Source of the DNA: Sumerlaeia bacterium
Lineage (GTDB): Bacteria > Sumerlaeota > Sumerlaeia > SLMS01 > JAHLLQ01
Assembly (NCBI GenBank): GCA_040219255.1
Contig: JAVJSW010000068.1
Coordinates: 64,001 to 128,000 of the forward strand
Direction: 5' to 3'
Length of the DNA: 64,000 bases
In this document: in pieces, positions 1 to 9,031 of the stretch
Layout: each line of letters starts with the position of its first letter
Numbering within the stretch: the stretch's first letter is position 1
Translations under genes and position numbers: made by a program
The notes under the pieces: model-generated
Seen by the model: the letters and a program-made list of their open reading frames with translations, nothing else
What the model was told of the DNA's origin: nothing
Database searches by the model: none

Positions 1-300
1 CATTCTGTTCTTTGGGGAATCGAAAAAAACAAAAAAGCCCCTCTCCTCCTGTGGAAAGCCTTGCAAACGCTGGAGTTCTCTGCTATCCGCACTCCAGAGT
101 CCCTCTTTCCAGCTTTCGATCGTGTGATGAAATAGGGTTGACCGACTCGCCCCCAAGCCGGAAGTTTGGAAGTCACGACAATGGCGTGGAGACTGTAGGG
201 TCAACAATTCGAGGCGATCACCCGCCCCCGAACCCGGCCCCCGGTTCCTCCCCCCCGTCGTTATGAGTCCCTATTTTTTCGCAACGATCGCCCCTCGCCG

Positions 301-915
301 ATGCCTATCATCAACTACCGCACTCGCGAGATAAACTGTAAAATCGTTTACGTCGGCCCCAGCCTCGGCGGCAAGACGACCAATATCAACGTTATCCACG
401 GCCTGATCCCTCAGAACAACCGCACCGAACTCCAGTCCATCGACACCGAGGGCGACCGCACCCTGTTCTTCGATTACTTCTCGATGGACCTGGACGACAT
501 CCACGGCTTCAAAACCAAGTTCCTGATCTACGGCGTGCCCGGGCAGCCCTACTACCGCTCGACCCGCAAGATGGTCCTCAACGGCGTCGACGGCATGGTC
601 TTCGTCGCCGACAGCGACAAGTCGCGCCTGCAAGACAACATCGAGTCCCTGCTGGACCTGAAGTCCATGCTCGCCGAGTACGGCTACGATTACAGTTCCA
701 TCCCGCTGGTGTTTCAATACAACAAGCGCGACCTGTTTTTCATCACGCCGGTGGAAGAGTTCGAGGAAGTGTTGAACGACCGGTCCTGCCGATCCTTCGA
801 AGCCATCGCCATCGAAGGCAAGGGCGTGGTGCAAACCTTCCGCGCCGTCTGCGCCGAGGTGATCCTCAAACTCAACGAGACCCTCAGCCAGCAGTACGGT
901 TCCTACAAATCCTAA
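301..915 (+). CDS. mglA: MglA-family small GTPase
   Basis: INCKIVYVGPSLGGKTTN P-loop, DRTLFFD switch I with intrinsic Arg, VPGQ switch II, NKRDL G4. Confidence 0.93.
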   Translation: MPIINYRTREINCKIVYVGPSLGGKTTNINVIHGLIPQNNRTELQSIDTEGDRTLFFDYFSMDLDDIHGFKTKFLIYGVPGQPYYRSTRKMVLNGVDGMVFVADSDKSRLQDNIESLLDLKSMLAEYGYDYSSIPLVFQYNKRDLFFITPVEEFEEVLNDRSCRSFEAIAIEGKGVVQTFRAVCAEVILKLNETLSQQYGSYKS

Positions 916-940
916 CGCAGCAGCCCCGGCCTGTTCTTCC

Positions 941-1483
941 ATGACCTCGAAAAAAGACACCACGGCTCCAGGACTTTCCAGACGCAGACGGCGCGATCCC
1001 TCCGCCACCGGCTTCTACTCGCTTTCCTCCCAGTGTCTCGACACCGTTCAGGAAGCTCTCAAGCAGTTGACCGCCGACAGCCAGGCCCGATGTGCCCTGG
1101 TGGTGGACCGTACCGGTTGCGTGATGGCCAGCGAAGGCAAGTACCCGGAAACCATGGGCGCCACCGCCGCCGCCACCATCGCCGCCCTCAACGAAATGGT
1201 CGCCACCGCCAGCAGCCCCGAAGTCTCCGTCCGCTTCTATGGGTCCGAAGTCGATCAAATCCACTTCGTCCTCTTGCAGAAGCGCTTGGTCCTTTGCCTG
1301 CTTTACAGCCGCAACGTCACCACGGAGCAGGTCCGCTCCGCCGCCCGCACCTTCGTCAATGCCATCGGCCCGCAAATCGAGCAGGACCGCCAGCGCAACC
1401 TCGAAGACGAAGCGACCCTGATTCAATCGGTCAACTACATCGAGTCCAAGCTCGACGAACTCTTCAAGGATCAGTTGCACTAG
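941..1483 (+). CDS. mglB: MglB-like Roadblock/LC7 protein (putative GAP for MglA)
   Basis: Directly downstream of mglA; ARCALVVDRTGCVMASEG roadblock pattern; acidic amphipathic C-terminal helix (SKLDELF). Confidence 0.8.
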   Translation: MTSKKDTTAPGLSRRRRRDPSATGFYSLSSQCLDTVQEALKQLTADSQARCALVVDRTGCVMASEGKYPETMGATAAATIAALNEMVATASSPEVSVRFYGSEVDQIHFVLLQKRLVLCLLYSRNVTTEQVRSAARTFVNAIGPQIEQDRQRNLEDEATLIQSVNYIESKLDELFKDQLH

Positions 1484-1511
1484 AGGCCCGGCGCCTCCGG
1501 CCCCGACGCGC

Positions 1512-1919
1512 CTACTTCTGGCTCATCAGGTTCGCGATCAGCTTCTGCAAGCCGTCGTCGCCCTTGTTCTGCAAGAAGCTGATGACGATCGGCGCGAACT
1601 TCACGATCATGTCGCTGTCCAGGCCCAGCTTGTCGAAGCCCGATGCCAGCTTCGCCATGTCGGCCATTTGACCGCCCTTGCCTCCGCCCAGGGACGACGC
1701 CAGTCCCCCCAGCAGCCCACCCAGGCCCCCGCCCCCCGTCGAAGGCGCCGCGTTCATCATGTCCTGCGCGTCCTTCTGGCCGATCGCGTCGAGAATCTTG
1801 CTGAAATCGCCACTGCCCAGCTTCTCTTTCGCCATCTGCAACATCATGCCGACGCCGCCCTTGGCCTGACCTTCGTCCACATTGAGCTGCTCGATGAGCT
1901 GCTTGATCAAATCGTTCAC
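1512..1919 (-). CDS. DUF2780-like small Gly-rich protein
   Basis: GTG start with AAGGA SD; LIEQLNVDEGQAKGGVG...FDKLGLDSDMIVKFAP pattern. Confidence 0.7.
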   Translation of the reverse strand: MNDLIKQLIEQLNVDEGQAKGGVGMMLQMAKEKLGSGDFSKILDAIGQKDAQDMMNAAPSTGGGGLGGLLGGLASSLGGGKGGQMADMAKLASGFDKLGLDSDMIVKFAPIVISFLQNKGDDGLQKLIANLMSQK

Positions 1920-1965
1920 GGTTATTCTGTCCTTACGCAGTCGTTTTGGTCCGCCAGGATGGTTC

Positions 1966-3531
1966 TCAGGCCTTGCGCTCCGCAATCCCAACCCGGCGCG
2001 CGACGCGCAGCAAGTCGCCCCGCACGCGCTCCACCGCCGCGACCGCCGCGGGATCCGCGCCAAAGCCCCCGCTTTCCAGCAACTCCAGCCGGTCCAGTAC
2101 ATCGGACGCGCCCTCGTGGCGGTTGGGCCGGCGCTGATCGCCGCGGCTCACAATGTCGCGCTCGCTCAAGAGCGCCGCCATCGCCGCCGCTTCCTCCAGC
2201 CTCCCCTGGCGCGCGCCCTCGAGCAGCAGCATTCCCAGCCTCGGGTGCAGCGGCAGCGCCGCCAGCTTTTCCCCCTCCGGAGTGAGCGTCCCGTCCTCGC
2301 GCGCGGCGCCCAGCATCCACAGCAGCCGTTCCGCCCGCGCCAGCGCGTCCGGCCGGGGGGGCTCGAACCAGGTGAATGCGCTGAGGTCCCGCACGCCGTA
2401 GCCGCGCAGCGCCAGCACCGTCGCCGCCAAGTCGGCGCGGTGGATTTCCGGCGCGTCGTGCTCGTCCAGCGCCAAGTGCTGGCTCCGCGTCCAAAGCCGC
2501 AGGCATCGCCCCGGCCCCGTCCGCCCCGCGCGACCCATGCGCTGGGTGGCGCTCGCCTGCGAAATGCGCCGCAGTTCCAGCCGGTCGATGCCCAGCCGCG
2601 CGTCGCTCATCATCACCCGCGCCCAGCCGCAATCCACCACCGTGCGGACGCCGTCGATGGTCAGCGACGTTTCCGCGATGTTCGTCGCCAGGACGATCTT
2701 GCGCCGGCCGGGGGCGCTGGGGCGCAGCGCCGCGTCCTGATCGGCGGCTTTCACGCTACTGTGCAGGATGTGGCGGTCGAACTCGCGGGGCAGATCGGAC
2801 AGGAGCTGCTCTGTGCGGCGAATCTCCCCGATTCCCGGCAGGAACACCAGGATGTGCCCGCCCGGATCCGCACCGGGAACCAGAGCCCGCCTCACCGCCC
2901 GTGCCGCCTGCTCCGGGATCGGCGCCTCGTCGGCCCGGTCCAGGTGCTCGACCTCGACGGGAAACATGCGGCCTTCGCTCTCAAGGGCCGGAACGCCGCC
3001 GAGGAACTCCTGCACCGGAGCTGGATTCATCGTCGCGCTCATCACGACGATGCGCAGGTCCGGCCGCACTGTCGTCTGGATTTCCCTCAGCAGCGCCAGC
3101 GCCACGTCGGTATGGATACTGCGCTCGTGAAACTCGTCCAGGATCACGCAGCCGATGCCCTCCAGGAACGGATCGCCCTGGATCTGGCGTGTCAGAATGC
3201 CTTCTGTCAGAACGCGGATGCGCGTTCGGGGGCCGATCTTGCGGTCGAAGCGAATATGATAGCCGACCTCTTCGCCGACGCGCCAGCCGTTCTCCTCGGC
3301 GATGCGGGACGCCGCCGCGCGGGCCGCCACGCGCCGGGGCTGGAGGAGCACCACCGCCGGGTTCTCGCGCGAGAGCCAGCCCGCCCCCGCCAGCGCCGGA
3401 GGCAACCGCGTCGTCTTGCCCGCGCCCGGCGGCGCGAGGAGCACCGCGCCGGGTGCTTGGGAGAGGGCGCCGGTGAAATCCGGCAGAAGGGGATCGATGG
3501 GCAGCGGGTTTTTTGGCGGCGTCTTCGGCAT
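1966..3531 (-). CDS. hrpB: HrpB-like DEAH-box ATP-dependent helicase, C-terminally shortened (521 aa)
   Basis: APPGAGKTT, QPRRVAAR, TEGIL, DEFHER, MSAT, TNIAETSLTI, QRMGRAGR, LPLHPRL; stops after the HA2 region. Confidence 0.85.
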   Translation of the reverse strand: MPKTPPKNPLPIDPLLPDFTGALSQAPGAVLLAPPGAGKTTRLPPALAGAGWLSRENPAVVLLQPRRVAARAAASRIAEENGWRVGEEVGYHIRFDRKIGPRTRIRVLTEGILTRQIQGDPFLEGIGCVILDEFHERSIHTDVALALLREIQTTVRPDLRIVVMSATMNPAPVQEFLGGVPALESEGRMFPVEVEHLDRADEAPIPEQAARAVRRALVPGADPGGHILVFLPGIGEIRRTEQLLSDLPREFDRHILHSSVKAADQDAALRPSAPGRRKIVLATNIAETSLTIDGVRTVVDCGWARVMMSDARLGIDRLELRRISQASATQRMGRAGRTGPGRCLRLWTRSQHLALDEHDAPEIHRADLAATVLALRGYGVRDLSAFTWFEPPRPDALARAERLLWMLGAAREDGTLTPEGEKLAALPLHPRLGMLLLEGARQGRLEEAAAMAALLSERDIVSRGDQRRPNRHEGASDVLDRLELLESGGFGADPAAVAAVERVRGDLLRVARRVGIAERKA

Positions 3532-3627
3532 GGGGCGGGCTGGCGCGGGCGTTCGTCCTTTTCCAACGCGAACGATCACAGGGGCGAGGGCCCGCCGCTG
3601 CAAGCCCACTTCCCGCCCGGCGGCTCC

Positions 3628-5637
3628 CTACGGATTGGGGATGTAGAGAATCGCCAGGTTTTCCACGCTGGTGTTCACGGTTTCCGTCAATCCGACACCG
3701 AATCCGCCGGGGAAGCTATCGCGAACCCGGAAGGAGACCGAGTAAGCCCCAGCCGTGACCGGCGTGGCGTAGGACACGTCGAGGGAGACGTCGTATTGCT
3801 CGCGGTGGATTTGAGCGGTCGAGGCGTATTCCCATCCGCTGCGCTTGGTGAATTCGGGCGTATCGATCGTTTCCGGGCCCTGCAGCCGCACGGAATAAGT
3901 GACGCGGGAGCCCTCGAGCGACAAGCCCGCGTCGGGATCGAAGCTGACCGACACATCGCCCGTTCCCGACATCAAGATCACGCCGTCCGATGGGAAAACC
4001 ACGTCGCCCAGATCGATGGTGCGTTGCGTCGCATCGAGCCGGTCCGCCAGGAAACCGCTTAGATTATAGGTCCGCATCGCGCCCGAGCGCAGCGGGCTCA
4101 GGTCCACGGTGCCGCCGCCTTTGCTCAGCGACAGAAACGGATTGCTGAAGCTCAGCGCCTGGATTTCGTTACTGGCGCTGGCATCCGCGTCGTTGATCAG
4201 CGAACTCAGGTTCACAGTGCCCCCGCCGTCGGAGAGCGTCAAATTCGGGAAACTGAACGACAGCCCCTGGAATTCGTTGAGCGGGTCCGGGTCCGCGTCG
4301 TCGATCAAGGAGGCCAGGTTCGCCCCCCAAACGGAGCCGCCCTCGTTGATGCTCAACTGCGTGCCGGACAGCTGCATGCCCGTGATGCGTTCGTTGGTGG
4401 GGTCGGCGTCCGCGTCGTCCACCAAGTCCGGACCGGGGCCGGTGTAGGCCGTGCTCTGGATCGTGCCGTCGGGGAATTCGATGCCATTGCGGCTGACAAA
4501 GGTACGGAAGATCAGGTCCTCGCCGCCCAGCGGATTATAGCTGCCGCCGGAGAACTGGAACATCTGGCCGTCGGGGTAATCGTCAGTGGTCGTGATCCCC
4601 ACCACGCCCGCCGGATTGGGGCCGCCGAACCACTTCAGGCCGATCGTGTACTCCTGGCCCGCTTCTACAAAGCCCGGTGTGTCGAAGGGAACGTTGACGA
4701 AGCCATCATCGGGTATGAGCGTCAGATTCACCGGCTCTACGGCGATCCGCGTGCCGTCGATCCCAACGCCCTCGTAGAGGCTCACCTCGAGCACGAGGAC
4801 GCCGGGGGCTGTCTGCGAGCCGAACAGGAAGATCGCGAGGGAAGGCACCGAGCCTGATTCTCCCGCGAGGAAAGTCTGGAAGATACCCTGGTTCAGCCGG
4901 TCCGTTACGATGCCGAGATTCTCCTGGTCCAGCCTCAGATCGCCGCCCCGCACGATCACCGAACCGTCCACGTCCAGCTTGGTCCCAGGGGCCGCGGTAC
5001 CCACGCCGACGTTGCCTTCGCCATCGACAAAGACCACATCGCCCGGCGAGCCGTCCTGAGCGTCCAGCGAATGCCCGTCCGGCACCCCCGCCAGCAGCGG
5101 CGCCAGATCCACCCCGGCGCCGCCGGAAATGTTCAACTGCGAGCCCGTCAGTTCCAGGTCCTGGAGTTCATTGGTTATCGACTGATCGAATTCGCTCGCT
5201 TCCTTCCCATCGAGCAAATCCGCGTTCATGGCGAACGGCACCGGCAGAATCGCCACGCGGCTGCCCAGCATCGTGTAGAGCGACTCGTTCGCCGTCTCCA
5301 CCGCTTGTCCCGTGACATCCACACCGATTTCCAGATAAAGAACCGAGTCGCCATCGATGATACCCGGTCCGAAATCCAATTCCGTACGCACGATACCGTT
5401 TTCGATGACCAGATCGTCCGCCACGTCGGTCCCCAAGAGCGCCCCACCAACCGGGGCGTCATAGAGCCGGAACCGCAGATCCGCCGTGGCATCGACGGCT
5501 TGCGTACCGTCGGCCAGGTATCCTTGATAAGAGAAGCTGCTCCCCAGGGAACCGCCCTGGGCCACAGCGGTTGTAGCATCGGCTGCGGCGAAACAGAGCG
5601 CGCCGGCAGCAATCAATCGAATGGGCAACACCATCAT
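3628..5637 (-). CDS. Secreted fibre/surface protein with DADADPTNE-type repeats
   Basis: Signal peptide; FSYQGYL...LRFRLYD N-domain; GNVGVGT..P; FPDGTIQSTA; repeats DADADPTNE / DADPDPLNE / DADASASNE. Confidence 0.7.
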   Translation of the reverse strand: MMVLPIRLIAAGALCFAAADATTAVAQGGSLGSSFSYQGYLADGTQAVDATADLRFRLYDAPVGGALLGTDVADDLVIENGIVRTELDFGPGIIDGDSVLYLEIGVDVTGQAVETANESLYTMLGSRVAILPVPFAMNADLLDGKEASEFDQSITNELQDLELTGSQLNISGGAGVDLAPLLAGVPDGHSLDAQDGSPGDVVFVDGEGNVGVGTAAPGTKLDVDGSVIVRGGDLRLDQENLGIVTDRLNQGIFQTFLAGESGSVPSLAIFLFGSQTAPGVLVLEVSLYEGVGIDGTRIAVEPVNLTLIPDDGFVNVPFDTPGFVEAGQEYTIGLKWFGGPNPAGVVGITTTDDYPDGQMFQFSGGSYNPLGGEDLIFRTFVSRNGIEFPDGTIQSTAYTGPGPDLVDDADADPTNERITGMQLSGTQLSINEGGSVWGANLASLIDDADPDPLNEFQGLSFSFPNLTLSDGGGTVNLSSLINDADASASNEIQALSFSNPFLSLSKGGGTVDLSPLRSGAMRTYNLSGFLADRLDATQRTIDLGDVVFPSDGVILMSGTGDVSVSFDPDAGLSLEGSRVTYSVRLQGPETIDTPEFTKRSGWEYASTAQIHREQYDVSLDVSYATPVTAGAYSVSFRVRDSFPGGFGVGLTETVNTSVENLAILYIPNP

Positions 5638-5827
5638 ACACCTCGTACCTTGTAGGATAAACGAGTGAGGTGGAGAGTGGAGCGACGAATCAAGGTTTTA
5701 TTAACACTCAATGTTTGAAGAATCGAAATCTGAAAATATATCTCCGTCACTAATAAGAACCGCCTTGAATGTCTCTATGTCCAAGAAATCCAAGTGCGGG
5801 CAAGGAACATTGGCTGGTTCTAGAGCT

Positions 5828-6376
5828 TCATTCCAGCCCCGAAATCCACTCGTCCGTCGTCTTCACATCCGCCAGCAGCCAACTGTGCGTCACCAGCACC
5901 GCGCGGTGCAGTTCCTCCGCGCTGACCTTGCCCTGGGCCGTTTCGAAATCCAGGGTCCCGGTGCCGTCCGACAGGAACTCGACCTTGTAGCCGCGATGAA
6001 AGGCCTCGCGCGAGGTCGTGTCGCAACACATCTGACTCATGTAGCCCGCGATGACCACCGTGTCGATGGCGCGCTCCCTCAGCCACGCGTCCAGGTTCGT
6101 GTTCGTGAAACTGCCGGGCAGGTGCTTCTCGACCAGCAGATCGTGCGGGCGCCTGGCGATTTCTGGATGTAGCTCGGCCTCTGCCGAACCGGCGCGAAAG
6201 GCCGGCGCGTCCGGCGCCTCGAACGTATGGCGCACCACCACCACCGGCACCCCGGCGGCCTGGGCGGCGTCCATGGCCTGCAAAATCCGGGTCAGCGTAT
6301 CCGCCGGGTAACTGATCGGCAAGGCGCCGGTGAAGTATTCGTTTTGCACGTCGATGACGATGAGAGCGCGTTTCAT
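5828..6376 (-). CDS. Isochorismatase-family cysteine hydrolase
   Basis: LIVIDVQNEY, EKHLPGSF, AGYMSQMCCDTT (D/K/C triad). Confidence 0.9.
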   Translation of the reverse strand: MKRALIVIDVQNEYFTGALPISYPADTLTRILQAMDAAQAAGVPVVVVRHTFEAPDAPAFRAGSAEAELHPEIARRPHDLLVEKHLPGSFTNTNLDAWLRERAIDTVVIAGYMSQMCCDTTSREAFHRGYKVEFLSDGTGTLDFETAQGKVSAEELHRAVLVTHSWLLADVKTTDEWISGLE

Positions 6377-6503
6377 GGGGCGGGGGTCCTCTTCGATCCA
6401 AAGCTCCCACGACCCCAATTGTGCGGCCTCTCTGGTGCAAGCGGACTTCCGGATTCCGGGACATGGAGTTAACGGACCGAGGAGACTCACAGAAAGAAAC
6501 GCC

Positions 6504-6612
6504 GCCACGGATTTTCGCGGATCGGGAGCCAGATCGCTTGCGAGGTCTTGTTCCCCGCGGCTGTTACTTTCCGGACCACCTCACAGGCAGACATCCAAAG
6601 TCCATCCGTGGC
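6504..6612. repeat. Short element bounded by GCCACGGAT/ATCCGTGGC inverted repeats (family A, copy 1)
   Basis: gccacggattttcgcggat (6504-6522) matches the reverse complement of 61990-62008 at 18/19; atccgtggc at 6604-6612. Confidence 0.6.
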
Positions 6613-6787
6613 AATTCCCCTCGGCCAAGCACCGCCAAGCCCCCGCTCCGTGCCCCCGGCCGCGCCGGGTTGAACGTGAAGGATCGAGGGAGCAAAGGTG
6701 CGCGGCAGGAAAGGGATTGCGTCTTGTGTCATCAATTCCTTTAGATGCCTGCAAATAGTTTCGCACTGAGGCACTATGAGGTACCCC

Positions 6788-8353
6788 ATGAACATTCGAA
6801 CGACTCTCGCCGCCGCGGCCTTCGCCCTCGCGGCCGTTCTGCCGCTCTCCGCGGCCGAATCCCTCCCCGAAGTCCCCCGGGAATTCCGGGCCGCCTGGGT
6901 GGCCACTGTGGCCAACATCGACTGGCCCACCAAACCCGGCCTTTCCACCGAAGAGCAAAAAGCCGAAGCCATCGCCATCCTGGACAAAACAGCGGACATG
7001 AACATGAACGCCATCGTGCTCCAGGTCCGCCCCGCCGCCGACGCCCTCTATCCGTCCAAGCTCGAACCCTGGTCCTACTACCTGACCGGTCAGCAGGGCA
7101 AAGCCCCCGAGCCCTATTACGATCCCCTTGAGTTCTGGGTCGATGAAGCCCACGCCCGAGGCATCGAGCTGCACTGCTGGTTCAACCCCTACCGCGCCGG
7201 CCACCCGACCCAGAAGGGCGAGTTCAGCGACGACTCGGTCCAGAAGACCAAGCCCCAGATCGTCCGCCAACTCGCCAGCAAGGGCTTCTTCTGGATGGAC
7301 CCGGCCATGAAGGAAACCCAGGACCACAGCATCGCCGTGGTGATGGACGTGGTGAATCGCTACGATGTGGACGGCATTCACTTCGACGATTACTTCTACC
7401 CCTACCCGTCCTACAACGATGGCGCGGATTTCCCGGACGACGAATCGTGGGCCGCCTACCAAGCCAGCGGCGGCACGATGGAGCGCGGCGATTGGCGGCG
7501 CGAAGCGGTCAACGATTTCGTCCACCGCCTCTACGATGAAATCAAAGACGCCAAACCCCACGTCATGCTCGGCATCAGCCCGTTCGGCATTGCCCGCCCC
7601 GGCAAGCCCCGCGAAATCAAGGGCTTCGACCAGTACGCCACCCTCTACGCGGACACGGAAAAGTGGCTCGACGAAGGCTGGGTCGATTATTTCACTCCCC
7701 AGCTTTACTGGAACATCAATCAGGTCCCGCAAAGCTTCCCGCTGCTGCTGGGCTGGTGGGTGCAGAACAATCCCCACGACCGCCACATCTGGCCCGGCCT
7801 TTACACCAGCCGCTTTGGCACGCCGGGCGACGACCGCTATAACATTGAGGAGTTGGAGAACCAGATCCTCATCACCCGCGGCATGCCGGGCGCCACGGGC
7901 CATGTGCACTTTAGCATGAAGGCGTTCATGAACAATCCCGAGGAGCTGGCCGCCCGCATCGCGGACAAACTCTACTCGGAAGCCGCCCTCGTCCCCGCCT
8001 CGCCTTGGCTCGGCGACGACGAACCGGGCCAGCCCGCCGTGACCGCCACCGCCAACGAGGCCGCCAATCAGGTGGTCGTTTCCTGGAAGCCCGAGGACAA
8101 GGACGAAGCGTTCCTGTACCTGGTGCAGATGAAGCGCGGCGGGGATTGGGATCACCGGATCGTTTCCGGCTCCAGCGACTCGGTGACGCTGCCGCTGCGC
8201 CGCACCAAGGTCGTGACCGAGGCCTCGAACCAGGGCCTGGACACCAAGGAGACGGAAGTCATTGGCGACCCGATCGGCCTGGTGGCGGTCTCCGCCGTCA
8301 GCCGCAACGGCATCCAGGGCGAAGCCGTCCTGGCGGAAGTCAAGGCGGAGTAA
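6788..8353 (+). CDS. Glycosyl hydrolase-like family 10 (GHL10/YddW-type), secreted
   Basis: REFRAAWVATVANIDWP, LQVRPAADALYPS, HCWFNPYR, GIHFDDYFYPY, GISPFG, PQLYW; alternative start 6776. Confidence 0.9.
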   Translation: MNIRTTLAAAAFALAAVLPLSAAESLPEVPREFRAAWVATVANIDWPTKPGLSTEEQKAEAIAILDKTADMNMNAIVLQVRPAADALYPSKLEPWSYYLTGQQGKAPEPYYDPLEFWVDEAHARGIELHCWFNPYRAGHPTQKGEFSDDSVQKTKPQIVRQLASKGFFWMDPAMKETQDHSIAVVMDVVNRYDVDGIHFDDYFYPYPSYNDGADFPDDESWAAYQASGGTMERGDWRREAVNDFVHRLYDEIKDAKPHVMLGISPFGIARPGKPREIKGFDQYATLYADTEKWLDEGWVDYFTPQLYWNINQVPQSFPLLLGWWVQNNPHDRHIWPGLYTSRFGTPGDDRYNIEELENQILITRGMPGATGHVHFSMKAFMNNPEELAARIADKLYSEAALVPASPWLGDDEPGQPAVTATANEAANQVVVSWKPEDKDEAFLYLVQMKRGGDWDHRIVSGSSDSVTLPLRRTKVVTEASNQGLDTKETEVIGDPIGLVAVSAVSRNGIQGEAVLAEVKAE

Positions 8354-8382
8354 CTCCCGCCGCATCGCCGAGGAAGATGGCT

Positions 8383-8412
8383 CGAACGCCCTGGGGTTTC
8401 CCGGGGCGTTCG
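8383..8412. terminator. Hairpin between convergent genes (probable terminator)
   Basis: cgaacgccctggg...cccggggcgttcg stem with one G-U pair. Confidence 0.5.
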
Positions 8413-8424
8413 CACGTTAGGGGG

Positions 8425-8847
8425 TCAGGCTTCTTCGGCGCTCGGTTCGCGGCGCAGGGCGCCATTGCTCTGGGCCGCCACGGCGTCGTCGACGAAGCTG
8501 CCTTCCTCCGGCGTGAGGCGCAGCTTTTCGAGCCCAAAGCGCCCGATCAGGTCCTGCACGGCCTGGAAGCGGGAGATGTGACGGGACCGTGCCACCAGAT
8601 CGATGAAATCGTTGGGTTGGTTGGCGGGACAGCCGGTGTATTCGCAGTGGTAGGTATTGCGCCGGGGATTGATGACCAAGGTGCGGAACACGTGGTCCTC
8701 GTGGATGGGACAGAAGCAGCGCCAGAGGCCCTTCACCTTGTTGGCCCGCGCCGCGTTATAGTCGAGGAAGTCGATGAGCTCGCGCGCATCCAGAGCCGCG
8801 TTCACGCGGGCGCAAATCATGGAGAACTGGTGCTCGTTGACTTTCAC
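8425..8847 (-). CDS. Stand-alone CHC2 (DnaG-type) zinc-finger protein
   Basis: GTG start after AAGGGA; CFCPIH-x-...-YHCEYTGC, NDFIDLV...ISRFQAVQDL; no TOPRIM domain. Confidence 0.72.
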   Translation of the reverse strand: MKVNEHQFSMICARVNAALDARELIDFLDYNAARANKVKGLWRCFCPIHEDHVFRTLVINPRRNTYHCEYTGCPANQPNDFIDLVARSRHISRFQAVQDLIGRFGLEKLRLTPEEGSFVDDAVAAQSNGALRREPSAEEA

Positions 8848-9031
8848 TGTCGAATCCCTTCCACAACATCTCCTCTTCTGCCTCAGAGGAAGCCCAGTCG
8901 CAAGTCCGAAAGGGAAGAGTCGCACATGCCGAGGAATTTGCGACAGGGAAATCAAATCCACTCCGGTCCATAAATGGGTGCGCCTTGGTCTGGCTTGACC
9001 CGGCGGCGGGGCCGGGCGTCTCGTTCTGGCC

